A stretch of 64,000 nucleotides of DNA from Chiloscyllium plagiosum (Eukaryota). How positions within the stretch are numbered: the stretch's first letter is position 1; every line of letters starts with the position of its first letter. Under the pieces are notes generated by a model, which made no database searches, was not told the origin of the DNA, and saw nothing but the letters and a program-made list of their open reading frames with translations. The stretch is from contig NC_057719.1 in the NCBI RefSeq assembly GCF_004010195.1, forward strand, positions 3,819,208 through 3,883,207, written 5' to 3'. Positions 37,552 through 52,200 of this stretch are shown piece after piece. The position numbers and the translations under genes are program-made.

Positions 37552-37730
37552 AGCTGAAAATGTGTTGCTGGAAAAGCGCAGCAGGTCAGGCAGCATCCAA
37601 GGAGCAGGAGAATCGACTCATGCCCGAAACGTCAATTCTCTTGCTCCTTGGATGCTGCCTGACCGGCTGCGCTTTTCCAGCAACACATTTTCAGCTCTGA
37701 TCTCCAGCATCTGCAGTCCTCACTTTCTCC
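37552..37730. mobile_element. Inverted pair of family A repeats
   Basis: CAGCTGAAAATGTGTTGCTGG... / ...CCAGCAACACATTTTCAGCT arms; imperfect TSD ATYAGRTGTAAACA. Confidence 0.8.
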
Positions 37731-38374
37731 TATTAGGTGTAAACACTCCATTACAAAGAAAGTTAATAAGATTAAGGGAAGTAATCAAAGGACGGGAATC
37801 AGGTAGCACAAATGTGTTATAGAATTTGGGGAAGAATGGAAAAATGATTGTCTGCGAAGTGAGTAATAATCCTATTTAATGCCAGCCATTAGGACTGAGG
37901 CCAGCATTTTTTTTGGGTTGCCTTTAGATTATTTATTAACTACAATACCACAGTTTCTGGCACAAGAGGCTGTTACGATCACTCAACGTTAACAATCTTT
38001 TGGCATTTACTAACCTGGATACCATGGAGAGAATGAAAATATAAAACAAGCAAGTGTTACTGTTTACAAGAACTCAAGCATACAGGAGTAAAATGTAGAG
38101 TTGCAATAGTTACAGGGAAATTAGTCACAGACTTAGACTATATTTGGAAAACATGATTAGCAGGGTGTGACAGTAGTAGTTTATAACAATGCACATAAAG
38201 TTAGGTATTAGCTTTGGCTCAGTGAGTAACACTCTGTAACAGAGGAGGTTGGTTCAAAGTCCCACCCGAAGCCCAAATGGGAACGACTTCTTAAATGTTA
38301 TCCATATTTTTGGACATTATCATCAGCAGAAAAAGATCACCGATTGGCCAGCCTGCCTATTAATGTCACAGAGT

Positions 38375-38960
38375 CTTATAACAGGGCAATAGACCCTTCA
38401 ATCCAACCAGTCTACGCTGACTATAATTCCAAATTAAACTAGTCCCACCTACCTGAATTTGGCACATATCCCTCCAAATACTTCTTATTCATGTACTTAT
38501 CCAAATGCCTTTTAAATGCTGTCACAGTATCTGCATCCACCACTTCCTCTGGAAGTTCATTCCACGTACGAACCACTCTGTGTAAAAAAAAAGTCCCTCA
38601 TGTCTTTGGTAAATCTTTTTGCCTCTCACCTTAAAAATATGTCCCTAATTTTGAAATCCTCAACCCAAGGGAAAAGACACCTGCCATTCACCTTATCTAT
38701 ACCCCTCAAGATTTTATGAGCATCTATAAGGTCACCCCTCAGCCTCCTACGCTCCAGTGAAAAACGTCCCAGCCTATCCTTATAATTCAAACCCTCCATT
38801 CCTGGCAACATCCTAGTAGATCTCTTCTGAACCTTAATAATATCCTTCCGATAACAGTGTGATCAGAACTGGACTTAATACTGCAGAAGAGGCCTCACCA
38901 ACATCCTGTAAACTCACAGGTCTGAACAATGAAGGCAAGCATGCTAAATATCTTTTTAAC
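38375..38960 (-). mobile_element. CR1 3' end
   Basis: ORF 38626-38811: FSLERRRLRGDLIDAHKILRG. Confidence 0.85.
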
Positions 38961-39444
38961 CACCTCAATAACATGTTTGTGCAATTTGTTCTGCTTCTCT
39001 TTCTTCCCCATTTTCCATGATGGTATTCTCACTGTTTGTGTTTCTCTCTCTGGTGTTCGCACAATTCTCCCTGATCTCCACCATCTCTCTTTCTGGCCAC
39101 TTCTGCATCTGTGATTTTAAATGCTGCACTAGTGGGGAGTGTGCCTTCAGCTGCCTACATCCAAAACACTGGATTTTCCTCATTCAATCTTGCTATTTCT
39201 ACGCCTAATTCCTGCTTGGTATGATTTTTCACTCCCAAGAATAATGGTGGGCAAGATGAACTAATCAGGCAAGAATTTAAAAATCAGATACTTACTATTA
39301 ACATATTATAACAGCTGTGATACAATGAGCACTCCCACTGCCTCACAGTCCTGCATGTTTGTTCTAAAATGGTCCTTGCACCAAAGAATATGTGTCACAT
39401 CAAAGAGTCCATTCCATAGTGAATACTATTGAGTTGTCTAACCG

Positions 39445-40990
39445 ACACTGGAGGCAGTCCAGAGAAGATCCACTAGTCCAATCCCAGCTATGGAGGAATT
39501 GTCTTATGGGAAGGAGTTGAGTACATTAGTCCTACAACCATTAGAGTTTAAGTGACTGAGCGGTAATTTTATTGAAACATATAAGAACATAAGAACTAGG
39601 AGCAGGAGTAGGCCATCCTATTCAATAAGATCATGGCTAATCTTTTCGTGGACTCAGTTCCACTTACGCGGTTTCACCATATCCTTTAATTCCTTTATTT
39701 GTCAAAAAAGTACCTTAAGATTCTTACAGGATTCTGCAGGGTAGATGTAGAGAAGTTGTTTTTCCCCTTTGAGGGAGCATTTGGGACCAGCAGACAGTCT
39801 CAGAATAAAGAATTGCACATTTAAGACAGAAATGAACAGGACCTTTTCTTTTGGAGCCTGGTGAATCTGTGGAATTCTTTATCACAGAATGCTGTAGAGT
39901 CAAGGTCACTAAGTATATTCAAGGCTGTGATAATCGGTAAGGGAATCAAGGTAATGGGAAAAGGTGTGAAAGTGAAGTTGTAGATTATAGATAGGCCATG
40001 ATCTGATTGAGTGGTGAAGCAGACCTGATGGCCTGAATGGTTTACTTCTCCCCCTACATGGGAATACCACACCTGGCACCTTGTTTTTCAGGCAGTTCAT
40101 GTCTAAAGGCAGGCAGACCTGGACAATATCCAGGTAAGGAGTGATCAGCTACATTTGCATCACATAAATGTCTAAAGGCAGGCAGACCTGAACAATATCC
40201 AGGTAAGGAGTGATCAGCTACATTTGCATCACACAAATGCCAGGCAATAACCATCTGCAATAAGCGTCAAGTAACCATTGCCCTTTGACATTAAATGGCA
40301 TTACCAACACTGAATCCCACCATCAACATTCTGAGGGTTACATTTCCAGAAACTGAATTGAACTAGCTATATAAATATGATGGTTACAAGAGCAGGTCAG
40401 AGGTTGAGAATACTGCAGCGGGTAACTCACCTCCTGACTCCCCAAAGCTTCTTGTCCACCATCTACAAGTTACAAGTCAGGAGTGTGATGGAATATTCCC
40501 CCCTTGCTTAGATGGGTGCAGCTCCAACAACACTCAAGAATCTTGACTTCATCCAGCCAAAGCAGCCCAATTGATTCACATCACATTCACAAACATCCAC
40601 TCCGATCATCACTGATGCTCAGTAGCAACAGTGTTGTATTATCTTAAGATTCACAGCAGAAATTCACCAAAGATCCTCAGAAAGCACCTTCCAAATCCAT
40701 GACCAATTCCATTGAGAAGGGCTAAGCAGCAGATACATGGGAACACCACCACCTGCATGTTCCCCTGCAAGCCACTCACCACCCTGACTTGGAAACATAT
40801 TGCCATTTCTTCCGTGTTACTGGGTCAAAGTCCTGGAATTTCCTCCCTAAGGGCATTGTGGGTCAACTTACAGCACACGAACTGCAGTGGTTGAAGAATA
40901 CAGCTCACCCTCACCTTCTCAAGGAGCAACTAGGGACAGGCAATAAATGCTGGCCAATTAGTGACACCCACAACCCACAAGTGAATAAAA
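39445..40990 (+). mobile_element. CR1 3' end followed by a second-family LINE 3' part starting with a 69 bp tandem duplication (40099-40236)
   Basis: CR1 tail motifs; ATGTCTAAAGGCAGGCAGACCTG... repeated at 40099 and 40168. Confidence 0.75.
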
Positions 40991-41489
40991 ATAATTTGCA
41001 GAGTAGGAAGAGACAGGAAAGGTGAGAGCCATCTGCAGATTTGCAATGGTGAAAATGTAGCTGGTGGCAGCTCAGCCACTGGAAGCATCTGCTGTAACTT
41101 GATTTGGAGGTGCCGGTGTTGGGACTGAGGTGTACAAAGTTAAAAATATCCTGATGTTGTGTGATTTTTAACTCTGTAACTTGAGACAGCTCCTATTCTG
41201 CATGACACCTGTAGGTCAATAGTGGTCAAAGTTGCAGTGACAATGGAGCTCAGTGCAGCTTTCTTTCACATATGCAAATATGATCACTTTTCCTGTTGTA
41301 ATATTTGTTCATCAATCAGGTGACACACATTGTGACCAAACAAATCAGGAACAATTCAAAGCAGTGACACAAATTTATATTATGCAAATCTTAGCTTGTC
41401 ACCATGATACAACCCCTATTTACACATAGGTTTAATATACAAACACCAAAGATAAAGTCGACTGTCAGAACAACAATAGGGCATGAATA

Positions 41490-43190
41490 GGAAGATGGCA
41501 CTTGGATATCATAGCTATTACAGAAACATGGCTGAGGAAAGGACAGGACTGGCAGAAGGGGACACAACAGAGAAGGGGGAATGGTGTTTTTGATTAAGGA
41601 AAACATTATACAGTAGTTGGAGAGAATATTCCTGAGGGATGGTCCAGTGAAGCTATATGGGTAGAACTTAGAAATAAGAAGGGATGATCACTTTGATAAC
41701 ATTGTACTATCGACCCTCCAGTAGTCAGCAGGAAAGTTAGGAGCAAATATGCCGGGAGATCGCAGATAGATGTAAGAATAATAGGATTGTAATAGTACGG
41801 GATTTTAACTTTCCAAACGTAGACTGGGACTACCATAGGACTTAGATGGGGAGGAATTTGTTAAGTACATTGAAGAAAACATTCTGAATCAATATGTAGA
41901 TGGCCCTACTAGAGAAGAGGCAAAATTCAACTTCCTCTTGGAAAATAAGGCAGGACAAGTAACTGAGGTGTAAGTGGAGGAGCGCTTTGTGATCAGTGAC
42001 CATAATTCTATCAGCTTTAAAATAGTTATGCAAAAGGACCATACTTATGGACCAGAAGCTAAAGTTCTAAATTGAAGCAATTTTGATGGTATCGGACAGG
42101 AACTTTCAAAGGTTAATTTGGGGATGCTGTTCGCAGGTAAAGGTCCATCTGGCAAGTGGGAGGCTTTGAAATGTGAGACAACAAAAGTTTAAGGTCAGCA
42201 TGTTCCTATTAGTGTGAAAGTAAAGGTTGGCAGAATTAGGAAACACTGGATGACTAGAGATAGAATCATACAGCAAAGAAACAGACCCTTTGGCCAACCA
42301 GGTTTCTTAAACTAAACTATGGTTAATAAGTTTGCAGATGGCACCAAAATTGGTGGTACAGTGGACAGCAAAGAAGGTTATCTATGATTACAAAGAGATC
42401 TTAATCAGTTGGGTCAATGGATTGAGGAGCGGCAGATGGAGTTTTACTTGGATAAATGTGAGGTATTGCATTTTGGTAATGCAAACAAGAACATGACTTA
42501 TACAAATAATGGTAGGGTCCTGGGTAGTGTTATTGAACAGAGAGACCTAGAGGCTGAGCTACATAATTCTTTAAAATTTGCATCACAGGATGGTTAGGTA
42601 GGCATTTAGCATTCTTGCCTTCATTTCTCAGACCTTTGAATATCGGGGTTCGGGCATCATGCTGGAGTACTGTATGTAGTTCTGGTTGCCCTGTTATGAG
42701 AAGGATTATTAAACTGGAGAGGGTTCAGAAAAGATTTACCAGGATGTTGCCTGGAATGGAAGGTTGGAGATATAAAAATTGACTGGAACAGGTGGGACTT
42801 TTTTTCACTGTAGCTTAGGAGGTTGAGGAGTGACCTTTTAGAGGTATATAAAATCATCAGGGGCATAGGTAAGGTGAGTGATAAGGGTCTTTTCCCTCGG
42901 GTGGGGAAGGTTCCAAATTAGGGGGCATACTTTTAAGGTGAGAGGAGAAAGATTTTAAAAAGATTATGAGGAACAACTATTTTACACAGACAGTAGTTCA
43001 TGTGTGGAATGAACTGTCATAGAAAATGTGATGGTAGGCACAGTTACAATGTTTAAAAGATATTTGGATAAGTTCACAAATAGGAAAGGTTTGGAGGGAT
43101 ATGGGTCAAGTGCAGGCAGGTGAGATTAGTTTAGTTTGGGAACATGGACTGTTTGGAGCGAAGGGTCTGCTTTCATGCTGTATGACTCGA
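41490..43190 (+). mobile_element. Degenerate, deleted HER1/CR1 ORF2
   Basis: IAITETWL, GDFNFP-like, KFADGTKIGG, QMEFYLDKCEVLHFG and the 3' tail. Confidence 0.85.
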
Positions 43191-43586
43191 TAATCGTCAA
43201 CTAGTCCCATTTGCCTACATTTGGGCACATATCCACTCCAAACCTTTCATAGCATCCCTCCAGCACAGAAAGAGGCCATTCAGTCAATTGTGTCTGTACT
43301 GGACCTCTGAAAAGCACCCACTCAATCCCCATAATCCCACACTTTCCATGACTAATCCACCTATTCCACACATCCTCGGATGCGATGGGCAATTTAGCAT
43401 GGTCAATCCACCTAACCTGTGGGAGGAAACTGGAACACCCATGCATATATGGGGTGAACATGCAAACTCCACTCAGACAGTCGCCTGAGGGTGAAATTGA
43501 ACCCTGGTAGCTGGGAGGCAGCAGTGCTAACCACAATGCCACCATGTTTCCCAATTTCTTACCTGCGTCTATCAAATGTTGTGATT

Positions 43587-43897
43587 GGGTAGCACGATGG
43601 CTCAGTGGTTAGCACTGCTACCTCACAGCGCCAGAGACCTGGGTTCATTTCCCGCCTCAGACAACTGACTGTGTGGAGTTTGCACATTCTCCCCGTGTCT
43701 GCGTGGGTTTCCTCAGGTTGCTCCGGTTTCCTCCCACAATCCAAAGATGTGCAGGTCAGGTGAATTGGCCATGCTAAATTGCCTATAGGGTTAGGTGAAG
43801 GGGTAAATGTAGGGGTATGGGTGGGTTGCGCGTCGGTGGGTCGGTGTGGACTTGTTGGGCCGAAGGGCCTGTTTCCACATTGTAAGTAATCTAATCT
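43587..43897 (+). mobile_element. Full-length HE1-type SINE inserted in a minus-strand CR1 tail
   Basis: A-box TGGCTCAGTGG, B-box-like GGTTCATTTCC, HER1-like tail, (AATCT)n. Confidence 0.9.
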
Positions 43898-44678
43898 AAA
43901 AAAAAATTGTATCCACTTCCTCTGGCAGCTCATTCCATACATGCACCACTCCCTGTGTGATAAAGCTGCCCCTCAGGTCCCTTTTAAATCTTTCCCCTGT
44001 GACCTTAAACCCATACCCTCCAGTTTTAGAACCCCCTACCCTGGAGAAAAGACCACGTTTATTGGCTTTATCTATGCCTTTCATTATTTTATAAATCTCT
44101 ATAAATTCACCCCTCAGCCTCCTACACTTCAGTAAAAAAAACCCAGCCGATCCAGCCTCTCCTTAAAACTCAAACCTTCCAGTCTCAGTAACATTCTGGT
44201 AAATCTTTTCTGTACTCTTCCAGTTCCTGTGTCTGCCAGAGCTTATTCTGCTGTTCAATACAGTCATGGCTAATCATCCAACTCAGATCTCTGTTCCTGC
44301 TTTCGCCCCGCACCCTTTGATCCCTTTAGCCCGAAGAATTATGTCTAATCGTTTCTTGAAAATATTTAGTGTTTTGACCTCAACTGCTTTTTGTTGCTGA
44401 GGATACCATAAGCTCATCACCTGCTGGGTGAAGAGGTTTTGCCTAATCTCAGCCCTAAATTGCCGATCCCATGTTTTTAGACTCTTAAAACTTCCCATTT
44501 TCATCTCAATGTTCCCACAAACCAGAGAGCCATTGAGTCACAGAGTCATACAGCACAGAAACAGACCCATTGGTCCAATCAGTCCATGCTGAACATAATC
44601 CAAACTAAACTAGTCCCATCTGCTGCTCCTGGCCCATATCCCTTCAAACCTTTCCTATTCCTAAGAATTTCTTTCCTA

Positions 44679-44940
44679 GGGGTGGCACGGTGGCTCAGTA
44701 GTTAGCACTGCAGCCTCACAGCACCAGGGTACCGGGTTCGATTCCAGCTTCGGGTGACTGTGTGGAGTTTGCACACCTCCCACAGTCCAAAGATGTGTAG
44801 GTCAGGTGAATTGGCCATGCTAAGTTGCCCATAGTGTCAGAGGGGAATGGGTCTGGGTGGGTTGCTCTTCAGAGGGTCAGTGTGGACTGGTTGGGCCGAA
44901 GGGCCTGTCCCCACACTGTAGGGAATCTAATCTAATCTAA
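44679..44940 (+). mobile_element. HE1-type SINE with an internal deletion
   Basis: GGTGGCACGGTGGCTCAG, GGTTCGATTCC, (AATCT)n tail. Confidence 0.85.
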
Positions 44941-45139
44941 TTCTGTTGTGTGGATGGTGATGGTCCTCTACAAGGAGATAACTATTGCCAGAATATCTGA
45001 AAGAGATCCTTAGCTCCAGTCAAGTAAATCTGAAAGCTGGTATTGGAATTTTCTTCTGCAGATTCTGAGTATTTCACAATAATGTTTTGCTAACATTCCC
45101 CCAAGAATTATTTTGGAGGTGTGTTACTACATAACAAAC

Positions 45140-48100
45140 ACTATATAAGTTATCTGTAAGAATAATAGGGTGGTTATGGTAAGGGATTTTAACTTTCCAA
45201 ACATAGACTGGGACTGCCACAGTGAAACGGGTTTAGATGGAGAGGAAAGAAAATTTTCTGATTCAGTATGTGGATGTACCTACTAGAGAAGGTGCAAAAC
45301 CTGATCTACTCTTGGGAAATAAGGCAGGGCAGGTGACTGAGGTGTCAGAGGAGAAGCACTTTGGGCCAGTGATCATAATTCTATTTGTTTTAAACTAGGG
45401 ATGGAAAAGGATAGACCAGATCTAAAAGTTAAAGTTCTAAATTGGAGCAAGGCTAACTTTGACGGTATCAGGCAAAAACTTTCAAAATCTGATTGGGGAC
45501 GGATGTTCGCAGATAAAGAGATGGCTTGAAAATGGGAAGCCTTCAGAAATGAGATAACAAGAATCCAGAGACAGTATATTCCTGTTAGGGTGAAAGGAAA
45601 GGCTGTTACATATAGTGAATGCTGGATGACTAAAGAAATTGAGGGTTTGGTTAGGAAAAGGAAGGAAGCATATGTCAGGTATAGACAGGATAGGTCAAGT
45701 GAATCCTAAAAAGAGAATAAAGGTATTAGGAGTATACTTAAGAGAGAAATCAGGAGAGCAAAAGGAGTACATGAGATTAGATTCCCTACAGTGTAGAAAC
45801 AAGCCCTTCAGCCCAACAAGTGCACCCAGACCCGTTTCCCTCTGACTAATGCACCTAACACTATGGGCAATTTAGCATGGCCAATTCACCTGACCTGTAC
45901 ATCTTTGGATAGTGGGAGGAAACCGGAGCACCTAGACACGGGAGAATGTGCAAACCCCACATAGACAGTCACCCGAGGCTGGAATCGAACCTGGGTCCCT
46001 GGCGCTGTGAGGCAGTAGTGCTAACCACTGAGCCACCGTGCTGTCCGCAAGATAGCTTTAGCAAATAGAGTTAAGGAGAATCCAAAGGGTTTTTACAAAA
46101 TATATTAAGGACAAACGGGTAACTAGGGAGAGAATAGGGCCCCTCAAAGATCAGCAAGGCGGCCTTTGTGTGGAGCCACAGGAGATGGTGGAGATACGAA
46201 ATAAGTATTTGCATCAGTGTTTTCTGTGGAAAAAGACATGGCAGATATAGAACATAGGGAAATAGATGGTGACATCTTGAAAAATGTCCATATTAGATAG
46301 GAGGAAGTGCTTGGATGTCTTGAAACACATAAATGTGGATAAATTCCCAGGACCTGATCAGGTTTAGATTAGATTTGATTCCTTACAGTGTAGAAACAGG
46401 TCCTTCAGCCCAACCAGTCTACACCGACCCTCCGAAGAGTAAACCACTCAGACTCATTTCCCTCTGACTAATGTACCTAACACTATGGACAATTTAGCAT
46501 GGCCAATTCACCTGACCTGCACATCTTTGGATTGTGGGAGGAAACCAGAGCACCCAGAGAAAACCCACGCAGACACAGGGAGAACATGCAAATTCAACAC
46601 AGACAATTGCCCGAGGTTGGAGTCAAACCCGGGACCCTGGTGCTGTGAGGCAGCAGTGCTAACCACTGAGCCACCGTGCCGCCTACCCTGGAATTCTGTG
46701 GGAAGCTAGGGAAGTGATTGCTGGACCTCTTGCTGAGCTATTTGTATCATCAATAGTCACAGGTAAGGTGCCAGAAGACTGGAGGCTGGCTAACGTGGTG
46801 CCACTATTTAAGAAAGGTGGTAAGGACAAGCCAGGGAACTATAGACCAATCGGTGGTAGGCATATTGTTGGTGAGAATCCTGAGGGACAGTATGTACATG
46901 TATTTGGAAAGGCAAGGACTGATTAGGGATAGTCAACATGGCTTTGTGCATGGGAAATCATTTCTCACAAACTTGATTGAGTTTTTTGAGGAAGTAACAA
47001 AGAGGATTGATGAGGGCAGAGCGGTAGATGTGATCTATATGGATGTAAGTAAGATGTTCGACAAGGTTCCCCATGGGAGACTGATTAGCAAGGTCAGATC
47101 TCATGGAATACAGGGAGAACTAGCTATTTGGATACAGAACTGGCTCACAGGTAGAAGACAGAGGGTGATAATGGAGTGTTTTTATTTAGACTGGAGGCCT
47201 GTGACCAGTGGAGTGCCACAAGGATCAGTGCTGGGTCTGCTACGTTTTGTCATTTATATAAATGATTTGCAGTGAGCATAAGAGGTACATTTAGTAAGTT
47301 TGCAGATGACACCAAAATTAGAGGTGCAGTGGACAGCGAAGAAGGTTACCTCAGATTACAACAGGATCTGGATCAGATGGGCCAATGGGCTAAGGATTGG
47401 CAGATGGAGTTTAATTTAGATAAGTGTGAGATACTGCATTTTGGGAAAGCAAATCTCAGCAGGACTTACACACTTAATGGTACGGTCCTTGGAAGTGTGG
47501 CTGAACAAAGATACCTTGGAGTGCAGGTTCATAGCTACTTGGAAGTAGAGTAGCAGGTAGATGGGATAGTGAAGAAGGCGTTTGGTATGCTTTCCTTTAT
47601 TGGTCAGTGTATTGAGTACAGGAGTTGGGAGGTCTGTACAGGATATTGGTTAGGCCACTTTTGGAATATTGCGTGCAATTCTGGTCTCCTTCCTATCAGA
47701 AGGATGTTGTGAAACTTGAAAGAGTTCAGAAAAAGTTTACAAGGATGTTGCCAGGGTTTGGAGGATTTGAGCTATAGGGTGAGGCTTAATAGGCTGGGGC
47801 TGTTTTCCATGGAGCGTTGGAAGCTGAGAGGTGACTTTATCGAGGTTTATAAAATCTCGAGGGGCATGGATAGGAGAAATAGAAAATGTCTTTTCCCTAG
47901 GGTAGGGGAGTCCATAACTAGAGGGCATAGATTTAGGGTGAGACGGGAAAGATATAAAAGAGACCTAAGGGGAAACATGTTCAAGCAGAGGGTGGTACGT
48001 GTATGGAATGAGCTGCCAGAGGATGTGGTGGAGGCTGGTACAATTACAACATTTAAAAGGCATCTGGATGGGTATATGAATAGGAAGGGTTTATAGGCAT

Positions 48101-48215
48101 ATGGGCTGGGTGCTGGCAGGTGGGACTAGATTGGGTTGGGATATCTTGTCAGCATGGATGAGTTGGACAGAAGGGTCTGTTTCGGTGCTGTACATCTCTA
48201 TGACTCAATGACTCA
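45140..48215 (+). mobile_element. HER1/CR1 LINE, most of ORF2, with two minus-strand SINE insertions (~45773-46046, ~46365-46683)
   Basis: ORFs 46714-48096: PEDWRLANVVPLFKKG, QHGFVHGKS, GVPQGSVLG, KFADDTKI, LRGDFIEVYKI. Confidence 0.95.
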
Positions 48216-48916
48216 AAATGCAAGCTGCCACAATTTAATTTTCTTTCCACTGAAATAAATTATTTTTAATCAACCTATTCAGGGATGTTGTTGCACATCA
48301 CTGGAGTAAGTGAGATGAGAACCCAGCCCTGCTGGCTCAGAGGTAAAGGCACTATCACTGCATCGTGAGAGCCCTCCCTGCTACAGAATTATGCTTCTCT
48401 GTCTACCTTCTGCCACATTCACTTGACAATTTAAAGCTGTAATCAGCAGAATCCATCTCTGTCATGCAAATAAGAGAGAGATGGGAAAATTGATTGGGCT
48501 CCTGCTGATATCATGAAGAGCAGAGCAGACCCCTTGCTGAGCACTCCGTTCAGTGTGGGCCAGGTGGATGGTGTAGTGGTAATATCACTGCACCATGAAA
48601 CCAGAGGCACAGGTTAATAATCTGAGAATTGGGCTAAAAGCCGACCACAGTACCTGGTGAAAATGAAATTCAATGACAGCTAGTCTTCAGTACTGCTGAC
48701 AACGAAATTATCTTTGATCATTATGAACAATGGGTTAAAAACCCTACATGGTTCACTAATGTCCTTTGGAAATTTGCTGTCTTTGCCTGGTCTGACCTAT
48801 TTGGGATTCCAGAGCCACAGCCATGTGGTTGGGCTTTGACTACCTAGTTGAAATGTCCTAGCAAGCCAATCAATTCAAGATCAGTTAGGGATGGATAACA
48901 AATATTGGCTTTCCAG

Positions 48917-51900
48917 TGACTCTGCTTCCACCCCACAGCTGGCAATGCATTCCATGCATTCACAACTCTCTGCGTAAAGAACCTACCTCTGACATCTCTT
49001 CTATATCTTCCTCCTAATATCTTAAAACTATGACTCCTCATGCCAGTCAATCCTGCCCTGGGGAAAAGTCTCTGGCTGTTGACTCTATCCATGCCTCTCC
49101 TTACCTTATATACCTCAATCAGGTCTCCTCTCTTCCTCCTTCTCTCCAGAGAGAAAAGTCTGAGCTTAGTCAACCTCTCTTCATAAGACAAGCCATCCAG
49201 TCCAGTCAACATCGTGGTAAACCTTCTTTGCACCCTCTCCAAAACCTTCGTATCTTGCCTATAATAGAGCGACCAGAACTGGACACAATATTCCAAGTGT
49301 GATCTCACCAAGGTTTTATAGAGCTACATCAAAACCTTGTGGCTCTTAAACTCGATCCTCCTGTTAATGAAAACCAAAACACCATATGCTTTCTTAACAA
49401 CCCTATCCACTTGGATGGCAACTTTGAGGGATCTATGTACTTGAACAAGATCCCACTGCCAAGAATCCTGTCTTTAATCCTATATTCAGCATTCAAGTTC
49501 GACCTTCCAAAATGCATCACTTCGCATTTATCCAGGTTGAACTCCATCTGCCATTTCTCAGCCCAGCTCTGCATCCTGTCTATGTCGCGCTGCAGCCTGC
49601 AGTAACCCTCTATACTTTCAGCGACACCTCCAACCTTTGTGTCATCAGTAAATTTACTAACCCACCTCTCAACCTTCTCATCCAAGTCATTTGTAAAAAT
49701 TACAAAGAGCAGAGGCCCAAGAACAGAGCCCTGCGGGACCTCACTCAACACTGACCTTCAGGCAGAATACTTTCCATCTACAACCACTCTCTGCCTTCTG
49801 TCAGACAACCAATTCTGAATCCAGACAGCTAAATCTCCCTGTATCCCATACTTTCTGACTTTATGAATGATCCTACCATGGGAAACCTCATCAAATGCCT
49901 TGCTGAAGTCCATACACACCACATTGATGCTCAACCTTCATTGACCTGTCTCATCACCTCCTCAAAGAACTCAACAAGATTTGTGAGGCATGACCTGCCC
50001 CTCACAAAACCATGTTGACTGCCTTTAATCACACTATGCTTTTCCAAATAGTCATAAATCCTATCCCTCAGAATTCTTTCCAAATCCTTGCTGACCACAG
50101 ACGTAAGACTGACTGATCTGTAATTGCTGAGGATTTCCTTATTCCCCTTTTTAAAAAGTAGAACAACATTCGCTTCTCTCCAATCCTCCGGTACGACTCC
50201 CTTGGAGAGTGAGGAAGCAAAGATCTTCGCTAGTGGCTTAGCAACCTCCTTTCTTGCTTCCCGGAGCAGCCTAGGATAAATCTGGTTTGGCCCTGGGGAC
50301 TTATCAATCTTAATCTTAAAATTTCCAGCCCATCAACTTCATCAATCTTGATCTGGTCAAGCCTGTTTCCTGGCTCCTCAAAGTTCCCATTCACAACAAG
50401 GTCCTGTTCCTTCGTGAAAACCAAAGCAAAAAGCTCATTTAGGGCTTCCCCCATCTGCTCAGACTCCACCCACAAGTTCCCTCTGCTATCCCTGACCAGC
50501 CCTACCTTCTCCCTGATCATTCTCTTATTCCTCATATATAAGTAAAATACCGTTGGGTTCTCCCTAATCCTATTTGCCAAGCCTTTCTCGTGCCCCCTCT
50601 TGGTTCTCCTCAGTCCATTTCTGAGCTCCTTTCTAGCAAGCCTATAACCCTCTAAAGCTGTGCTCGATCCTTGCTTCTTCCACCTTGTGTAAGCTGCCTT
50701 CTTCCTTTTGACGAGAAGCTCCTCTGTTCTCATCATCCAAGGTTCCTTAATCTTACCCCTTCTTACTTGTCTCAGAGGAACAAATCTATGCATCACTCGC
50801 AACAACTGCTCCTTAAATAGTCTCCACATGTCTATTGTGCCCTTTCTATGGGGTGGGTGTACCCTTGCTGTTCTTAATTTCCACCCATACTGATTCAGTA
50901 GACAAACCTTCCTCGACAACCTTTGTTTCTGTAGCTGTGATGCACTCTCTGATTAGCAATTCTATACCCCCTCCTCTTTTTCCACCCTCTTTGTTCTTTT
51001 TAAATGTTCTAAACCCTGGAACATCAAGCAACCCTTCCTGCCCCTATGAAACCCATGTCTCCGTTATGGCCACAACATCATAGTCCCAAGTACTGATCCA
51101 TGCTCTAAGTTTGTCACTCTTATTTCTGACACTCCTTGCGTTAAAGCAGACACACTTAAACTGATCCCTTTGTTTCATCACATGAAATACCTTCCCGATA
51201 GATTCACTACATCCTGTCACTGCCCCATCTACAACTACCCCGCTCTCAGATATGTAGCTCTGGTTCCCACCCCCTTGCCAAACTAGTTAAAATCCTCCCG
51301 AACAAATGAACAAATCTCTGACCCAGGACATTTGTGCCCCTTCAGTTCAGGTGCAACCCATCCTTCATGTACAGGTTCCACCTTCTCCAGAACGCATCCC
51401 AATGGTTTAAGTATCTGAATCCCTCCATCCTGCACCAGCTTCGCAGCCATGTGTTAAGCAGCATTTGCTGACTGTTCCTCATCTCACTGTCTCGTGGCAC
51501 CGGTAGCAAACCTGAGATCACTACTGTACACGTCCTGCTCTTCAGCTTCCAACCTAGCTCTCTGTAGTCACTTTTCAGATCCTTAATCCCTTTCCTGGCT
51601 ACATCATTGGTGCCAATATGTACCACAATTTCTGGCTGCTCACCCTCCCCCTTCAGAACTCTGTAAACCCAATCGGTAACATCCCAGACTCTGGCACCAG
51701 GGAGGCAACATACCTTCTGGGAGTCCTGTTCCAGATCACAAAATCTAACTATTGAGTCCCCTACCACTAGCGCTTTTCTATTCTCCCCCCTTCCCTTCTG
51801 AGCCACAGTGCCAGAGACCTGACAACTATGGCTTTCCCCTGGTAGGCTGTCCCCACCAACAGTATCCAAACCGGTATACTTATTGCTGAGGGGAATGGCC

Positions 51901-52200
51901 ACAGGGGATCCCTGCTCTATCTGTTGGTTTCCTTTCCTCCCCCTGACTGTAACCCAGTTGTCCTTATCCTGTGTCTGAGGAGTGACCAACTCCCTGTACA
52001 TCCTCTCAATTTTTCTCTCAGCCTCCCGGATGATCTGTAGTTCATCCTGCTCCAGCTTCAGTTACCTAACTCAGTTTTCGAGGAGCTGGAGTTGGGTGCA
52101 TTTCCTGCAGATGTGGTTTGCAGAGACATGTGTTGTGTCTCTCACCTGCCACATTCTGCAGGAGGAACATGCAACTGCCCTATCAGCCATACCCCGCTAA
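48917..52200 (-). mobile_element. Near full-length CR1 LINE (ORF1 Zn-finger plus SGNH esterase; ORF2 APE-RT, frameshifted)
   Basis: CSSC...CRKC motif at ~52100-52175; ORF 51342-52001 VVGDSIVR...HIGTND...DGLHLN; RT VPQGSVLGPLLFVIFTNDLD. Confidence 0.95.

Noticed and set aside
43587..43660. tRNA-like A/B boxes
   Set aside because: These are SINE heads, not tRNA genes; there is no complete cloverleaf
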